Shown piece after piece: positions 54,969-64,000 of a stretch of DNA of 64,000 bases; the stretch's first letter is position 1; each line of letters begins with the position of its first letter. The notes beneath the pieces are model-generated. The model saw nothing but the letters and a program-made list of their open reading frames with translations. It did no database searches and was not told the DNA's origin. Both the position numbers and the translations under genes were made by a program. This stretch comes from a virus. Location: positions 32,001 to 96,000 of IMG/VR virus record IMGVR_UViG_3300021963_009993. One strand, written 5' to 3'.

Positions 54969-55295
54969 ATGGCGAATTATATTGAATACGCAGCGCAGCT
55001 AACACCTCAAATCTTCGTTACACCGACGAGTAGATACAATAACTCGAAAGTACTTTACTATGGAGATGATAAGAAAATAACTTTTACAACATACAAAAAA
55101 AGAGAAATAGTACAAAGTGAAGATGACAAATTTTTAGTAATACCAGAAACCTACGCTTACAGACCCGACCTAGTATCTTATAAAATATATGCTACACCAG
55201 ATTACTGGTGGAAGATCATGGAATATAACAGTATTTCTGATATAGCTGACTTTGTTGGTGGTAGAACTATTAGAATTCCAAGCAACTATGTTTAA
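54969..55295 (+). CDS. LysM-like baseplate protein (gp53/P2 gpX-like)
   Basis: Likely start MANYIEY at 54969; RPDLVSYKIYATPDYWWKIMEYN...G.TIRIP. Confidence 0.8.
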   Translation: MANYIEYAAQLTPQIFVTPTSRYNNSKVLYYGDDKKITFTTYKKREIVQSEDDKFLVIPETYAYRPDLVSYKIYATPDYWWKIMEYNSISDIADFVGGRTIRIPSNYV

Positions 55296-55303
55296 GGTGT
55301 TTT

Positions 55304-56806
55304 ATGGCAAGGCAATGTAATTTACCATATGAAGCTTCAAAATATGCATGTGCCCAAATAGCAAGGCCTTTACCCGGAGCATCCTCAACAGGATTTGTAA
55401 ACATAGTTTTAAACGCAAACGGCAAAAGCATATCCGTAGGAAACAAATCATCTCCCTCACAAAACAACGCAACATACATAAATTCTATGACATTGTCTAT
55501 TGGATCTAGTCCACAACTGGACATAGAAATAGTTGACTACAGCGGACAAGATTTCAATTACTTTATACAAAACTTGTCAAATGACTCATGTGATCTTAAT
55601 TCAAACTATGGTGCGATGCTTCTTGAATTTGGATGGATAATAACAGACTGCAACGGTCAAGTTTCAAAATATGGTTCTGCTGAAGAAACGAGAAGAAGAG
55701 CGGTATTGTCAGCTGATACACAAGCCCAACCTAACGGTTTTCTTTGTTTTGTAATATCGCAATTTAGTTCGCAAAATTCCAATGGAATTTGGAAGTACAA
55801 ACTAAGCGGTGCTGGCCCAAATGAGACATTTTCTGATGTGCGACAGGCTACGCCAATAGGATCAGATGCACAAAAGGTAAATCTTGCTACATCAAGAAAA
55901 ATGTTGTTTGACAGATCTTGCAAGTCAAGACCATTAAAAACAAGAGTGCCAATGTTGAGGCAAACATCAACAAGAAACTTGGCACCAGCTGGTTTTCCAG
56001 CTTCAGATGGTGGTGAAAATGGTCCTAAGAGTGTTTGGAGTCCCGACCGTCAAGATCCAATATCTGCTTTAAGAAAGTGGATGAATTCAATGTCAACGGA
56101 CAGAAAGCTTGGCACTTTCTTTGTCACATCAAGCACTTTGGTTGATCCAAATATATTGGTAATTGAATCATTGCAAGACGAATGTAATTTAGGTACTGGT
56201 GCTAATTGTGCTACAAGCAGACAGGTAGACAAAGTTTACATTGTAAATGGTGGAGATTGTTCTCCAGTTTTAAGTTTCGATCCTGAAGTCAAGTTTGTGT
56301 CAGCGCAAAGTCAGGGTGGAGGTCAAGCTGCTATGGGTGTTCAAAGAGCAGTTCAGCCAACAAGACTTTGTGGTAAAACAAAAGACAGAAGCAATCTTCT
56401 TGGCTTGCAAACTGCAATACAAGTTCCAACTGCAAACTACAATTTCAGAACACCAGATGAAGCTGCTGCAAAAGAAGCAAGAAACATACAGGCAAATGCA
56501 GCAGCGACAAAATTGTTTGAGTACAGTAGCACAATAGAGGCTGATTTGACAATTCAAGGCGATCCTTATTATGCATCAATATTCAACAACATAGGCTCAA
56601 CAATTGGCATAATATATTTAAACCCATTCAATGTTTCACAAAATGCCACAGGTTGTGACTGGCTGGCAACACCTAGTGTCAACCAAACATTTTCGAGAAC
56701 AGATTACAATGTTGTTGGTGTGAGCCACAATATAGATAATTCTGGAAAATATACAACTACATTAAAACTGAAATCCGGTGCAGCTGGTGCTGAGGAAGTG
56801 TATTAA
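55304..56806 (+). CDS. Baseplate hub (gp27/P2 gpD-like)
   Basis: Position between LysM and spike; ADLTIQGDP...YNVVGVSHNID.SG.YTTTLKL. Confidence 0.65.
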   Translation: MARQCNLPYEASKYACAQIARPLPGASSTGFVNIVLNANGKSISVGNKSSPSQNNATYINSMTLSIGSSPQLDIEIVDYSGQDFNYFIQNLSNDSCDLNSNYGAMLLEFGWIITDCNGQVSKYGSAEETRRRAVLSADTQAQPNGFLCFVISQFSSQNSNGIWKYKLSGAGPNETFSDVRQATPIGSDAQKVNLATSRKMLFDRSCKSRPLKTRVPMLRQTSTRNLAPAGFPASDGGENGPKSVWSPDRQDPISALRKWMNSMSTDRKLGTFFVTSSTLVDPNILVIESLQDECNLGTGANCATSRQVDKVYIVNGGDCSPVLSFDPEVKFVSAQSQGGGQAAMGVQRAVQPTRLCGKTKDRSNLLGLQTAIQVPTANYNFRTPDEAAAKEARNIQANAAATKLFEYSSTIEADLTIQGDPYYASIFNNIGSTIGIIYLNPFNVSQNATGCDWLATPSVNQTFSRTDYNVVGVSHNIDNSGKYTTTLKLKSGAAGAEEVY

Positions 56807-59008
56807 ATGGGAAAGTTATCTAGTTTACTGAATAGAATAAAAAAATTAGAAGCCGCTCTTACAGGTGGAGGTGATACACCAAAAGATCCCGGCCCATCTA
56901 AGGTCAAGAAGAAAAGACAAAAACAATCTGCTTATGGTTTATACATCGGTCTTTGCGTTGATACCTTGGATATTTACAAGCAAAATCGTGTAAGAATATT
57001 TTCACCATTATTCAATGATCCAGAAGAAGATGTTAATTCTTTGCCCTTTGCTTTTCCAATATCTTCCTTTGGTGGGTTTGATGATTGTGGTGTTAGCTGG
57101 GTTCCTCCAGCTGGCAGTACAGTAATATTTGGATTTGAAGCTGGAAACAGAGGTGTTCCCTTCTATCTTGGAACAACATGGTCAACTAGTCGTGCTTTGC
57201 CCAATCAATCTAATCCAGACCAACCAGCATTTAGTGTTCCAGTTCAAGAATATGAGGAACTTTATAGAGGCAGAAGAAATGGTTATTTATGTGGCCCAAA
57301 TGAAACACAAGTTTTGCCACCTTGGAACACAGAAAGCTACAATGGATTCGATATCATTAGTCCAACTGATCTAGAAACATTTCCAGATCCTCAAAAAAGA
57401 GTAACATATCCAAATATTTATGGATTTAAAACTCCAGAAAAGCATATGTTTAAGATGGTTGATGGAGATGGAAGATGCAACAGGAAGTGGAAAAGAATTG
57501 AAATTATGTCAGGAAATGGCAATTGGTTATGTTTTAAGGATGACCATTTACATTATGGTGGTCAATGGGCTCATCCAAGTTGTGATTTAGGTGCTAATGG
57601 CAAAAACCCCAGAGATGGCGACACTAGTTGTATAGTTGGGGTTTCAAATCCACAACCGGGTAGTGCTGAAGATGTAAGTCTTTTTGATACTGATAGAGCG
57701 GAACTTGCAAACCTTATTGACGAATTAGGATTCGACCCATATCAATATGATGATTATGCTGGCACCTTGCCAAACCCTGCATTACTAAATGATATAGATC
57801 CAAATCTAGGACAAAAACTTGAGGCAAATCCCGGTTCTACCTTGTGTGGCGCAAATTTCAAAACAATAGGTGGAAATCCAAGTAATCAATCAACACCAGA
57901 GAAAGATTTGCAAAAAGGCACTAATCCTTTTTTTAAACAAGCAAGTGAATGTCGTCCTTATGGTGGCCCAAAAACTCCACAAAACAACAAATGTGATCTG
58001 CCACAATCTGGTATTCAACTATTGTCTATATCTGGTCACACATTTGTAATGGATGATTCTGTAAAAGATCCTAGGGGAGGAATGGAATGGCAAAGAAGCA
58101 TGGAAGCTTTTGACTTTGGTTGTTCTGATCAATTCATGGGAAGAACATATTGGAAATCAACAACCGGACATTTTATTGAACTTAATGACATTGAAGTATC
58201 AACTAATGTCAGGGGAAGAAACAATGGAATCAAACTTCAATCAGCTTTAGGAAATAGCATTTCTTTATGTGATGAAATGGCTGGTCCTGATTGTCCTTCT
58301 GCTGCGACTGAAAATCAAGGAATTAAAATACAAAGTACAAGCTTGCATGAAATAACACTTTCAGATGCACAAAACAAGCAACAGCAACAGAATTGCAGAA
58401 GAGGAAACAATAATCCAGAGAACAAGGCAACAAATGCTTATATTAGAATCAAGAGTGGATATGGATTGAGATTTGAAATGCGTGATTCATATTCACAAGA
58501 AAAAACAGATACACAGCAAATAATATTAACATCTCCACAAATCGATAACACACAAAGAGGGCCACACGCTTTTGTTATGCAAGAGAGTCCGACTGGTCCT
58601 GGTACTGTATTTCTAAGAACAGGTGGAAACTACATTGTATCAACCTATGACAACTATGTTGATATAGTTGGTGATAGTGAAAATCCAAGCAACAAATACA
58701 GTTTTACATCAAATGCTAGATATGAGGTAGCAGAAGATTTATATTACAATCAATGCAATCAATTTATTTGTAGGAGTGATAAACAAACATTTATATTGGC
58801 TGGAAAAGATTATGAGCAAAAACCAAATGCTGATGGAACTCCGAGAGAAAAGGTTCCCGGTGTGTTTCCTGTGGTTGTATATGCGAATGGAAGATTAATA
58901 ATAAGTGACAGGGTATATGCTAGTGCATCTCCAAAAGCTTGTACTGCATCTATTTACAATATGACACCATATGTTTTAGAGACAGTTTCGGCATGTAAGG
59001 GTCGCTAA
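56807..59008 (+). CDS. Baseplate central spike (gp5/VgrG-like OB fold)
   Basis: GLYIGLCVD..D....RVRI...P; GVSWVPPAGSTVIFGFEAGN..VPFYLG; repeated SGH.F..DD beta elements. Confidence 0.85.
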   Translation: MGKLSSLLNRIKKLEAALTGGGDTPKDPGPSKVKKKRQKQSAYGLYIGLCVDTLDIYKQNRVRIFSPLFNDPEEDVNSLPFAFPISSFGGFDDCGVSWVPPAGSTVIFGFEAGNRGVPFYLGTTWSTSRALPNQSNPDQPAFSVPVQEYEELYRGRRNGYLCGPNETQVLPPWNTESYNGFDIISPTDLETFPDPQKRVTYPNIYGFKTPEKHMFKMVDGDGRCNRKWKRIEIMSGNGNWLCFKDDHLHYGGQWAHPSCDLGANGKNPRDGDTSCIVGVSNPQPGSAEDVSLFDTDRAELANLIDELGFDPYQYDDYAGTLPNPALLNDIDPNLGQKLEANPGSTLCGANFKTIGGNPSNQSTPEKDLQKGTNPFFKQASECRPYGGPKTPQNNKCDLPQSGIQLLSISGHTFVMDDSVKDPRGGMEWQRSMEAFDFGCSDQFMGRTYWKSTTGHFIELNDIEVSTNVRGRNNGIKLQSALGNSISLCDEMAGPDCPSAATENQGIKIQSTSLHEITLSDAQNKQQQQNCRRGNNNPENKATNAYIRIKSGYGLRFEMRDSYSQEKTDTQQIILTSPQIDNTQRGPHAFVMQESPTGPGTVFLRTGGNYIVSTYDNYVDIVGDSENPSNKYSFTSNARYEVAEDLYYNQCNQFICRSDKQTFILAGKDYEQKPNADGTPREKVPGVFPVVVYANGRLIISDRVYASASPKACTASIYNMTPYVLETVSACKGR

Positions 59009-59062
59009 AATAAAATAATTCTTTAATAGATATTCTATTAAGATGTACTAATTTGGTGTTTA

Positions 59063-59473
59063 ATGGAAATTCTTGCAGCTTCATTTCCAATTGAAAAAAA
59101 TCCTCTTGGTTTAATCAGAACTATAACAGGAACTGATGCCATCAAGGGTGATTTACTTCAGCTTTTATTAACGAATCCAAATGAAAGAGTTATGTTGCCT
59201 ACATTTGGCACACCGTTGAGAAACCTTTTGTTTGAACAAAATGATGCTGTTTTGGCTGGTAGGGCTAGGGAAACAATAGCAAATGCAATAAGGGATTGGG
59301 AACCAAGGATTGTGGTGAAGAACATATTTGTTAATAACACAGGTTTTCCAGAACAGAGAGATGATCCAAAAAATTATGAAAATATACTTTCTATCACTAT
59401 TGAATTTTCTCTGCCTGATCAAATTGAAAGTGTTGACAGGCTTGTAATACAATTACCATTAGGAAACGCATAA
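59063..59473 (+). CDS. Baseplate wedge protein gp25-like (sheath initiator)
   Basis: IK.DL.QLLLTNPNERVMLPTFGT.L..LLFE...I..WEPRI. Confidence 0.92.
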   Translation: MEILAASFPIEKNPLGLIRTITGTDAIKGDLLQLLLTNPNERVMLPTFGTPLRNLLFEQNDAVLAGRARETIANAIRDWEPRIVVKNIFVNNTGFPEQRDDPKNYENILSITIEFSLPDQIESVDRLVIQLPLGNA

Positions 59474-59474
59474 A

Positions 59475-61028
59475 ATGGCAGAAACATGTCCTTTCGAAAT
59501 AACACCGCTTAAAGAAGCGTCACAGGTTCAAAGACCAAGTCCTGTTAATTTAAACTATACAAATCAAGACTTCTGGTCTATGAAAGCCAGACTTGTTGAT
59601 TTCATAAAACAAAATTTCACGGGTGAATTCAACGATTTTGTTGAATCAAGCCTTGCCATCATGTTAATAGAGAACTGGGCTTTTATAGCCGATACTCTAT
59701 CCTTCAAAATTGACCAAATTGCAAATGAAATTTTCATAGACACAGTCACAGAAATAGACAATGCTTTCAGACTTGCAAAACTTGTGGGATTTCAACCCAC
59801 ACCACCAATACCTTCCAGAAGTCTTTGGACGGCAAGAATAAATTCTGCACAGACTATAGACTTGGTAATACCAACACCTTTCGATGTTGAAGTGACAAAT
59901 AATGATCAAGTAATAAACATAGAACTATTCCCGGCTGATAATTTCAACAGACCAATATATGATCAGCCAATAGTAATATCTGCCGGTAATGTAGTTAATT
60001 CCAACATAGTTGGATTGCAAGGACAGACATATACCGAGACATTTTTGGGAAATGGTACGATAGATCAATCTTTTCTTTTAACTTTTTCTCCTGTTCTTTT
60101 GGATTCTATCAGATTAACTGTTGATAACCAAAAGTGGGAAAGGGTTGAATTCTTCACAGATAGCCAACCAAGAAAAGAATATCGTGTCGAATATAATGCA
60201 AATTATAGTGCATTTATAATCTTTGGTAACAACAGGGCTGGTTTGTTACCTCCTACTGGTTCTGTAATCAATGTAGTTTACAGGGTTGGTGGCGGTCCCA
60301 GCGGAAACATAGTCACAAATTTCGCAAATACTAGCACCTTGGTGCCCGTTGAAGGACAGGCATTTAGTGTGCCTGTAAGTTTTACAAACTATACAAAAGG
60401 TGAATTTGGATATAGTGGAGATACTGTAGAAGATATTAGAAGAAAACTACCTGTTTATGTCAATTCACAAAACAGAGCAGTAACTGGTTCTGATTATGAA
60501 AATATAGCTAATTTATTCACTACTCCTTACAACGGTGCTATGGGCAAGGCAGCAATAACATTGAGACATAGTGGTTGTGCTGCCAACATAATTGAAGCTT
60601 ATATCCTTGCGAAGGATGGGATATCTGGTCTAACACCTGCATCATCACAATTTAAGGCAGAATTCATGGATTACATGGATTCTAAAAAAATGATAACAGA
60701 CTATCTGGTAATTAAAGATGGTGTGATTATACAAACAGTTGTTCATCTTGATGTTGTCATGGATAAATATTATCGAACTTTTGAAGATGATATTAAATCG
60801 AAAATAGAGAGAAATCTCGCTATTTTCTTTAATTTAAATAATTGGGATTATGGTCAAGGCCTTCGTGATAGCGATATTGTAAAGGCTTTGTCTAATATTC
60901 AAGGGCCATACAGATATGACATTACATTTACTACAAATGATCCGGGCAATAGTGGAAGAGTTGTTCATGCTAAATATTTTGAGATCATAAGACCAGAAAA
61001 CACAATAATTCAATTCCATTATGAGTAA
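59475..61028 (+). CDS. Baseplate wedge protein gp6/P2 gpJ-like
   Basis: YT.QDF.S...L; IVFGNNRAG.LP; YRVGGG.SGN; SQNRAVT.SDY. Confidence 0.9.
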   Translation: MAETCPFEITPLKEASQVQRPSPVNLNYTNQDFWSMKARLVDFIKQNFTGEFNDFVESSLAIMLIENWAFIADTLSFKIDQIANEIFIDTVTEIDNAFRLAKLVGFQPTPPIPSRSLWTARINSAQTIDLVIPTPFDVEVTNNDQVINIELFPADNFNRPIYDQPIVISAGNVVNSNIVGLQGQTYTETFLGNGTIDQSFLLTFSPVLLDSIRLTVDNQKWERVEFFTDSQPRKEYRVEYNANYSAFIIFGNNRAGLLPPTGSVINVVYRVGGGPSGNIVTNFANTSTLVPVEGQAFSVPVSFTNYTKGEFGYSGDTVEDIRRKLPVYVNSQNRAVTGSDYENIANLFTTPYNGAMGKAAITLRHSGCAANIIEAYILAKDGISGLTPASSQFKAEFMDYMDSKKMITDYLVIKDGVIIQTVVHLDVVMDKYYRTFEDDIKSKIERNLAIFFNLNNWDYGQGLRDSDIVKALSNIQGPYRYDITFTTNDPGNSGRVVHAKYFEIIRPENTIIQFHYE

Positions 61029-61042
61029 AAGAAAGAAAGATA

Positions 61043-64000
61043 ATGGCAATTAAAAATTATTACGATAATCCAAAAGTTACTGATGACATAGTTTTCAATC
61101 TGTTCACTCCAGATGCTGAAAACTGTTTTAATGCCAATCCAGTACAATTTGACAATATAAAAATATTTTTTATATCTAGAAATCTTAGTGGCAGTAAAAC
61201 AAATGAAAACCAAATAGACATTTATGACATAAAACTTCAGGAAGAATATTATAGACTCCAGCAACTTGCATGTAGTGTTCCAACGAATATCAATATTGCT
61301 AATGCACAAAAGGCAAAAGATGATTGGATGAATAGCACATTCAGAACTGACATGTATTACAGCGAGGCAACAGCTGTATTCAACATGGGTAGCTACGGAA
61401 GTCCTCTTTGGAGAAATGACTTGCCGTTTGTTCCAAATCCAATCGTAGTTCCAATCTCAGATCCAAATATTGATTTAGCTTTTGGATTGTTTCAATTCGT
61501 ATGGAAACCCAATGGGACTATTAGAGAAGGTGATTATTACATTTGCTATAGCTATACCCCAAGTTATGCAAAGGCATCTTTGACAAAATATTTGAGTTTT
61601 TATGTTCAAAGTAATATTGCAAATGATGTTGCAAATCCAGCACATATAACCAAGCCAGAAAAGTACCAAAAACTACTGCAATCGTATTTGCCAGAAATGT
61701 ATTCCACATCTTATACTACAGAAGATATATCTTATAATGTTTTAACAAAATTTAACAATTCTGTTGCTGGTGGTTTTACGACTATAGAAAATTATGCCAA
61801 CCAAATAATAGACATAGTTGATGCTAATGCTACACAAGAACCTTTGCTTAACTATGTGGCCAATCTTTTTGCACAAAAACTAAGATCAACTGATGTTACT
61901 TTGTGGAGAAAGCAAATCAAAAAAGCAGTTCCAAACATGAAAATGAAAGGAACTTTAAAAGGATTGGAAGAAGCTTTGATGGATGCTGGAATTAGATTGA
62001 TAAGATTCGACCAGCTTTGGCAGACAAGATCACAATACTTCTATACTGAAACATTTGTCTTCATAGATTCTTTGAATTTCCTTTTGACTAAAGTTTCTTT
62101 ACCAATAAACATATTATTTACAATACAAAAAAGATCTGCAACAGGTACTTATGAGGATCAGCCTTTAACAAATATAAACATCATCACGATTGATGCCGAA
62201 AGCATGCTTACATGGGTGGGACCAGCCTTGGTTCCCGGCGATGTAATAAAAATAAGTTATCAATTCAAAGAATATGAAAGTGATACTGCTGAAATACTTG
62301 ATTTGCACATACAAAGAGAATTGCCATTAGCTGATTTAAGAGATGATAGGTATTTTGAATATCCACCAAAAGATTGGAATACAAAGCTTATATCAAAAAA
62401 TGATGTGCTGTTTGATGCCATTATAGGTGTGCAGAATCCATATGTTCCATTTGTTAATTTTGGAATGATTAGAACACAGTTCCCATATTCAGAAAACATC
62501 TATAACATGGATGAATACAATGGTTCATTAAGAATGAGTCAATCTCCTAGTGATATTGACAAAAATTTCTTGGAGCCTTGCAGTAGTGGAATAAGTGCAT
62601 ATTACAGTCTCGATGTTGAAATCAACCAGCTTTCAAGATTCATACTTCAGGAATGTCAGGAAATAATAGCAGAATATACTCCATTCCATTCAATACTGCA
62701 CACATTCAATTTCAGCGGTTCATTTACGGAATTTGTGGTTTCTCCGGTTGAAACAATTGAATATTTCATCAGTTATTATCAAGAAGATTTCATGATTGCT
62801 GGCATGGCACAAATAGTATTCAATAGATTGATGCTCGGTGGCTTGCAACAAAATGCTGTTCGCAGAAATGAACTTGCAACATTAGATTCAAGCGTGACGA
62901 GTTCTTCAACAGCTTACAATGATGTCATTAGACTATTTGCTCCTTTGATTAACTTTAGTGGATTGAGCATCAATCCAAATCCAAACAAAACACTATTGGA
63001 AATATTACAGCCATCAGCATACTATGGGAATTATTATGTGTCTAATGTTTCTGGTAGTTATTTATCCATAGCACCATATGGAATAAATCCTGTATTTGAG
63101 CCTTTGCTGCAATCAGAATTTAATTTCAGAATATCAAACATACTTTTAGAAGCGACTAATTTCACAGTTGTAGATTATTATAAATATTATTTAACAGATT
63201 TAGATCCATCAATTACAGCCCAGTTTGAAATTTTAAACATAAGGACTGTTTGGGATGTAAACAATGGTTATTCACCAGTTGCTTGGAAAATAAGACTTGG
63301 ATCAAATGATTATTATATAACAAATATAAATAATGGGATAATAGAAATAGCTAATGATGGAACATTGACTCCAAACGAAATCAAGAACATAAGTTATCAA
63401 ATATTATTCCCAGATGACACAATAGCATTAAGTTCTGTGACTGGTGATTATTTCACGAAAAAATATGGACTTGTTATTATACCTTCATCATTACAAGTTG
63501 ATACTGTAAGGAATATTCTTGTTGGTGATGTTTACTTCTACCAAAATGGACAGCAATACAAATTTTATGAATTTGATGCTTATAATGATCAAGCATTTTT
63601 AATTGAAGGATGGACGCTGGGATCTTTGTCAGTCGAAGGCAAGGTATTAAACAGAGTTGTAAACAATGGTGTTGGCAGTTTGGTTTACGGTGGAATGAAA
63701 TTGTTGCGAAATTCAGCTATTCCTGTTTTCGATGATCCAGCTACAGCATTAGTTGATAATCAGAACTTCAAGGAAAACTATTTAATAACCATAAATGAAC
63801 AAACATATGCAATTATCGACCCACCATCTGGAGTCGATCCAAATTATGTTTATTTGTCTGGTAAATTTGTTGACTTCACAACTGTTGGAACAGCTGTTGA
63901 CTTTACAATTGATAGATATTTCAAAAATGATATAGTTGTTTTCAACACAGAACTGCGTGATGTAAACAGGGCTGGATCTGATATTTTTAAAACTTTAATA
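61043..64000 (+). CDS. Baseplate wedge protein gp7/P2 gpI-like (open at window end, so not in ORF track)
   Basis: ATG 61043, MAIKNYYDNPK; in frame at ~61.8 kb LNYVANLF...WRKQIKKAVP.MKMKGTLKGLEEAL; still open at 64000. I spot-checked the frame rather than translating it fully. Confidence 0.8.
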   Translation, partial: MAIKNYYDNPKVTDDIVFNLFTPDAENCFNANPVQFDNIKIFFISRNLSGSKTNENQIDIYDIKLQEEYYRLQQLACSVPTNINIANAQKAKDDWMNSTFRTDMYYSEATAVFNMGSYGSPLWRNDLPFVPNPIVVPISDPNIDLAFGLFQFVWKPNGTIREGDYYICYSYTPSYAKASLTKYLSFYVQSNIANDVANPAHITKPEKYQKLLQSYLPEMYSTSYTTEDISYNVLTKFNNSVAGGFTTIENYANQIIDIVDANATQEPLLNYVANLFAQKLRSTDVTLWRKQIKKAVPNMKMKGTLKGLEEALMDAGIRLIRFDQLWQTRSQYFYTETFVFIDSLNFLLTKVSLPINILFTIQKRSATGTYEDQPLTNINIITIDAESMLTWVGPALVPGDVIKISYQFKEYESDTAEILDLHIQRELPLADLRDDRYFEYPPKDWNTKLISKNDVLFDAIIGVQNPYVPFVNFGMIRTQFPYSENIYNMDEYNGSLRMSQSPSDIDKNFLEPCSSGISAYYSLDVEINQLSRFILQECQEIIAEYTPFHSILHTFNFSGSFTEFVVSPVETIEYFISYYQEDFMIAGMAQIVFNRLMLGGLQQNAVRRNELATLDSSVTSSSTAYNDVIRLFAPLINFSGLSINPNPNKTLLEILQPSAYYGNYYVSNVSGSYLSIAPYGINPVFEPLLQSEFNFRISNILLEATNFTVVDYYKYYLTDLDPSITAQFEILNIRTVWDVNNGYSPVAWKIRLGSNDYYITNINNGIIEIANDGTLTPNEIKNISYQILFPDDTIALSSVTGDYFTKKYGLVIIPSSLQVDTVRNILVGDVYFYQNGQQYKFYEFDAYNDQAFLIEGWTLGSLSVEGKVLNRVVNNGVGSLVYGGMKLLRNSAIPVFDDPATALVDNQNFKENYLITINEQTYAIIDPPSGVDPNYVYLSGKFVDFTTVGTAVDFTIDRYFKNDIVVFNTELRDVNRAGSDIFKTLI

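Noticed and set aside
1-64000. Alternative genetic code (stop-codon reassignment), as in some large phages
   Set aside because: Long genes are intact under code 11, and TAA, TAG and TGA all end complete domains (e.g. TAG at 2708, TGA at 3199).
46921-64000. Extracellular contractile injection system or tailocin rather than a phage
   Set aside because: The gp2-like end protector, tRNA, T4-type late motifs, helicase and capsid-targeting-like tags point to a true phage genome.

Overview
A 64 kb piece of a large myophage (contractile tail, T4-like features), read with the standard genetic code. It has four zones. (1) 1-10.3 kb: GC-richer (~50%) early-type genes, all on +, set out as separate promoter-gene-terminator units between long AT-rich spacers full of repeats. 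They include a MoxR-type AAA+ C-terminus with a VWA partner, a zinc-ribbon-fused SF1 helicase and hypotheticals. (2) 10.6-27.5 kb, with outliers to 46 kb: AT-rich genes for unrelated enzyme-like proteins (several ADP-ribosyltransferase-like folds, Nudix, GNAT, kinase, ASCH, ParB-like, HExxH peptidase, ankyrin). At least 22 of them start with the same short N-terminal motif, M-x(1-2)-F-x-x-[W/F/Y]-[L/F/M]-x(0-3)-E, which resembles the T4 internal-protein capsid-targeting sequence. Several have T4-late-type (C/T/A)ATAAATA promoters 4-6 nt before the ATG, and three are flanked by shared DNA elements. (3) 28.3-34.6 kb: a seven-gene glycan synthesis/modification cluster. It is followed by accessory genes (AdoMet decarboxylase, HNH, ClpP-like protease, a nucleotidyltransferase with altered active-site motifs). 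(4) 46.4-64 kb: a gp2-like end protector, a 2492-aa tape measure protein and a full baseplate gene series. There is one tRNA-Tyr(GUA) without an encoded CCA. The best candidate for an undescribed system is the tagged, cassette-organised set of putative head-packaged (injected) enzymes. All family calls are motif recognition by eye; no database searches were run.
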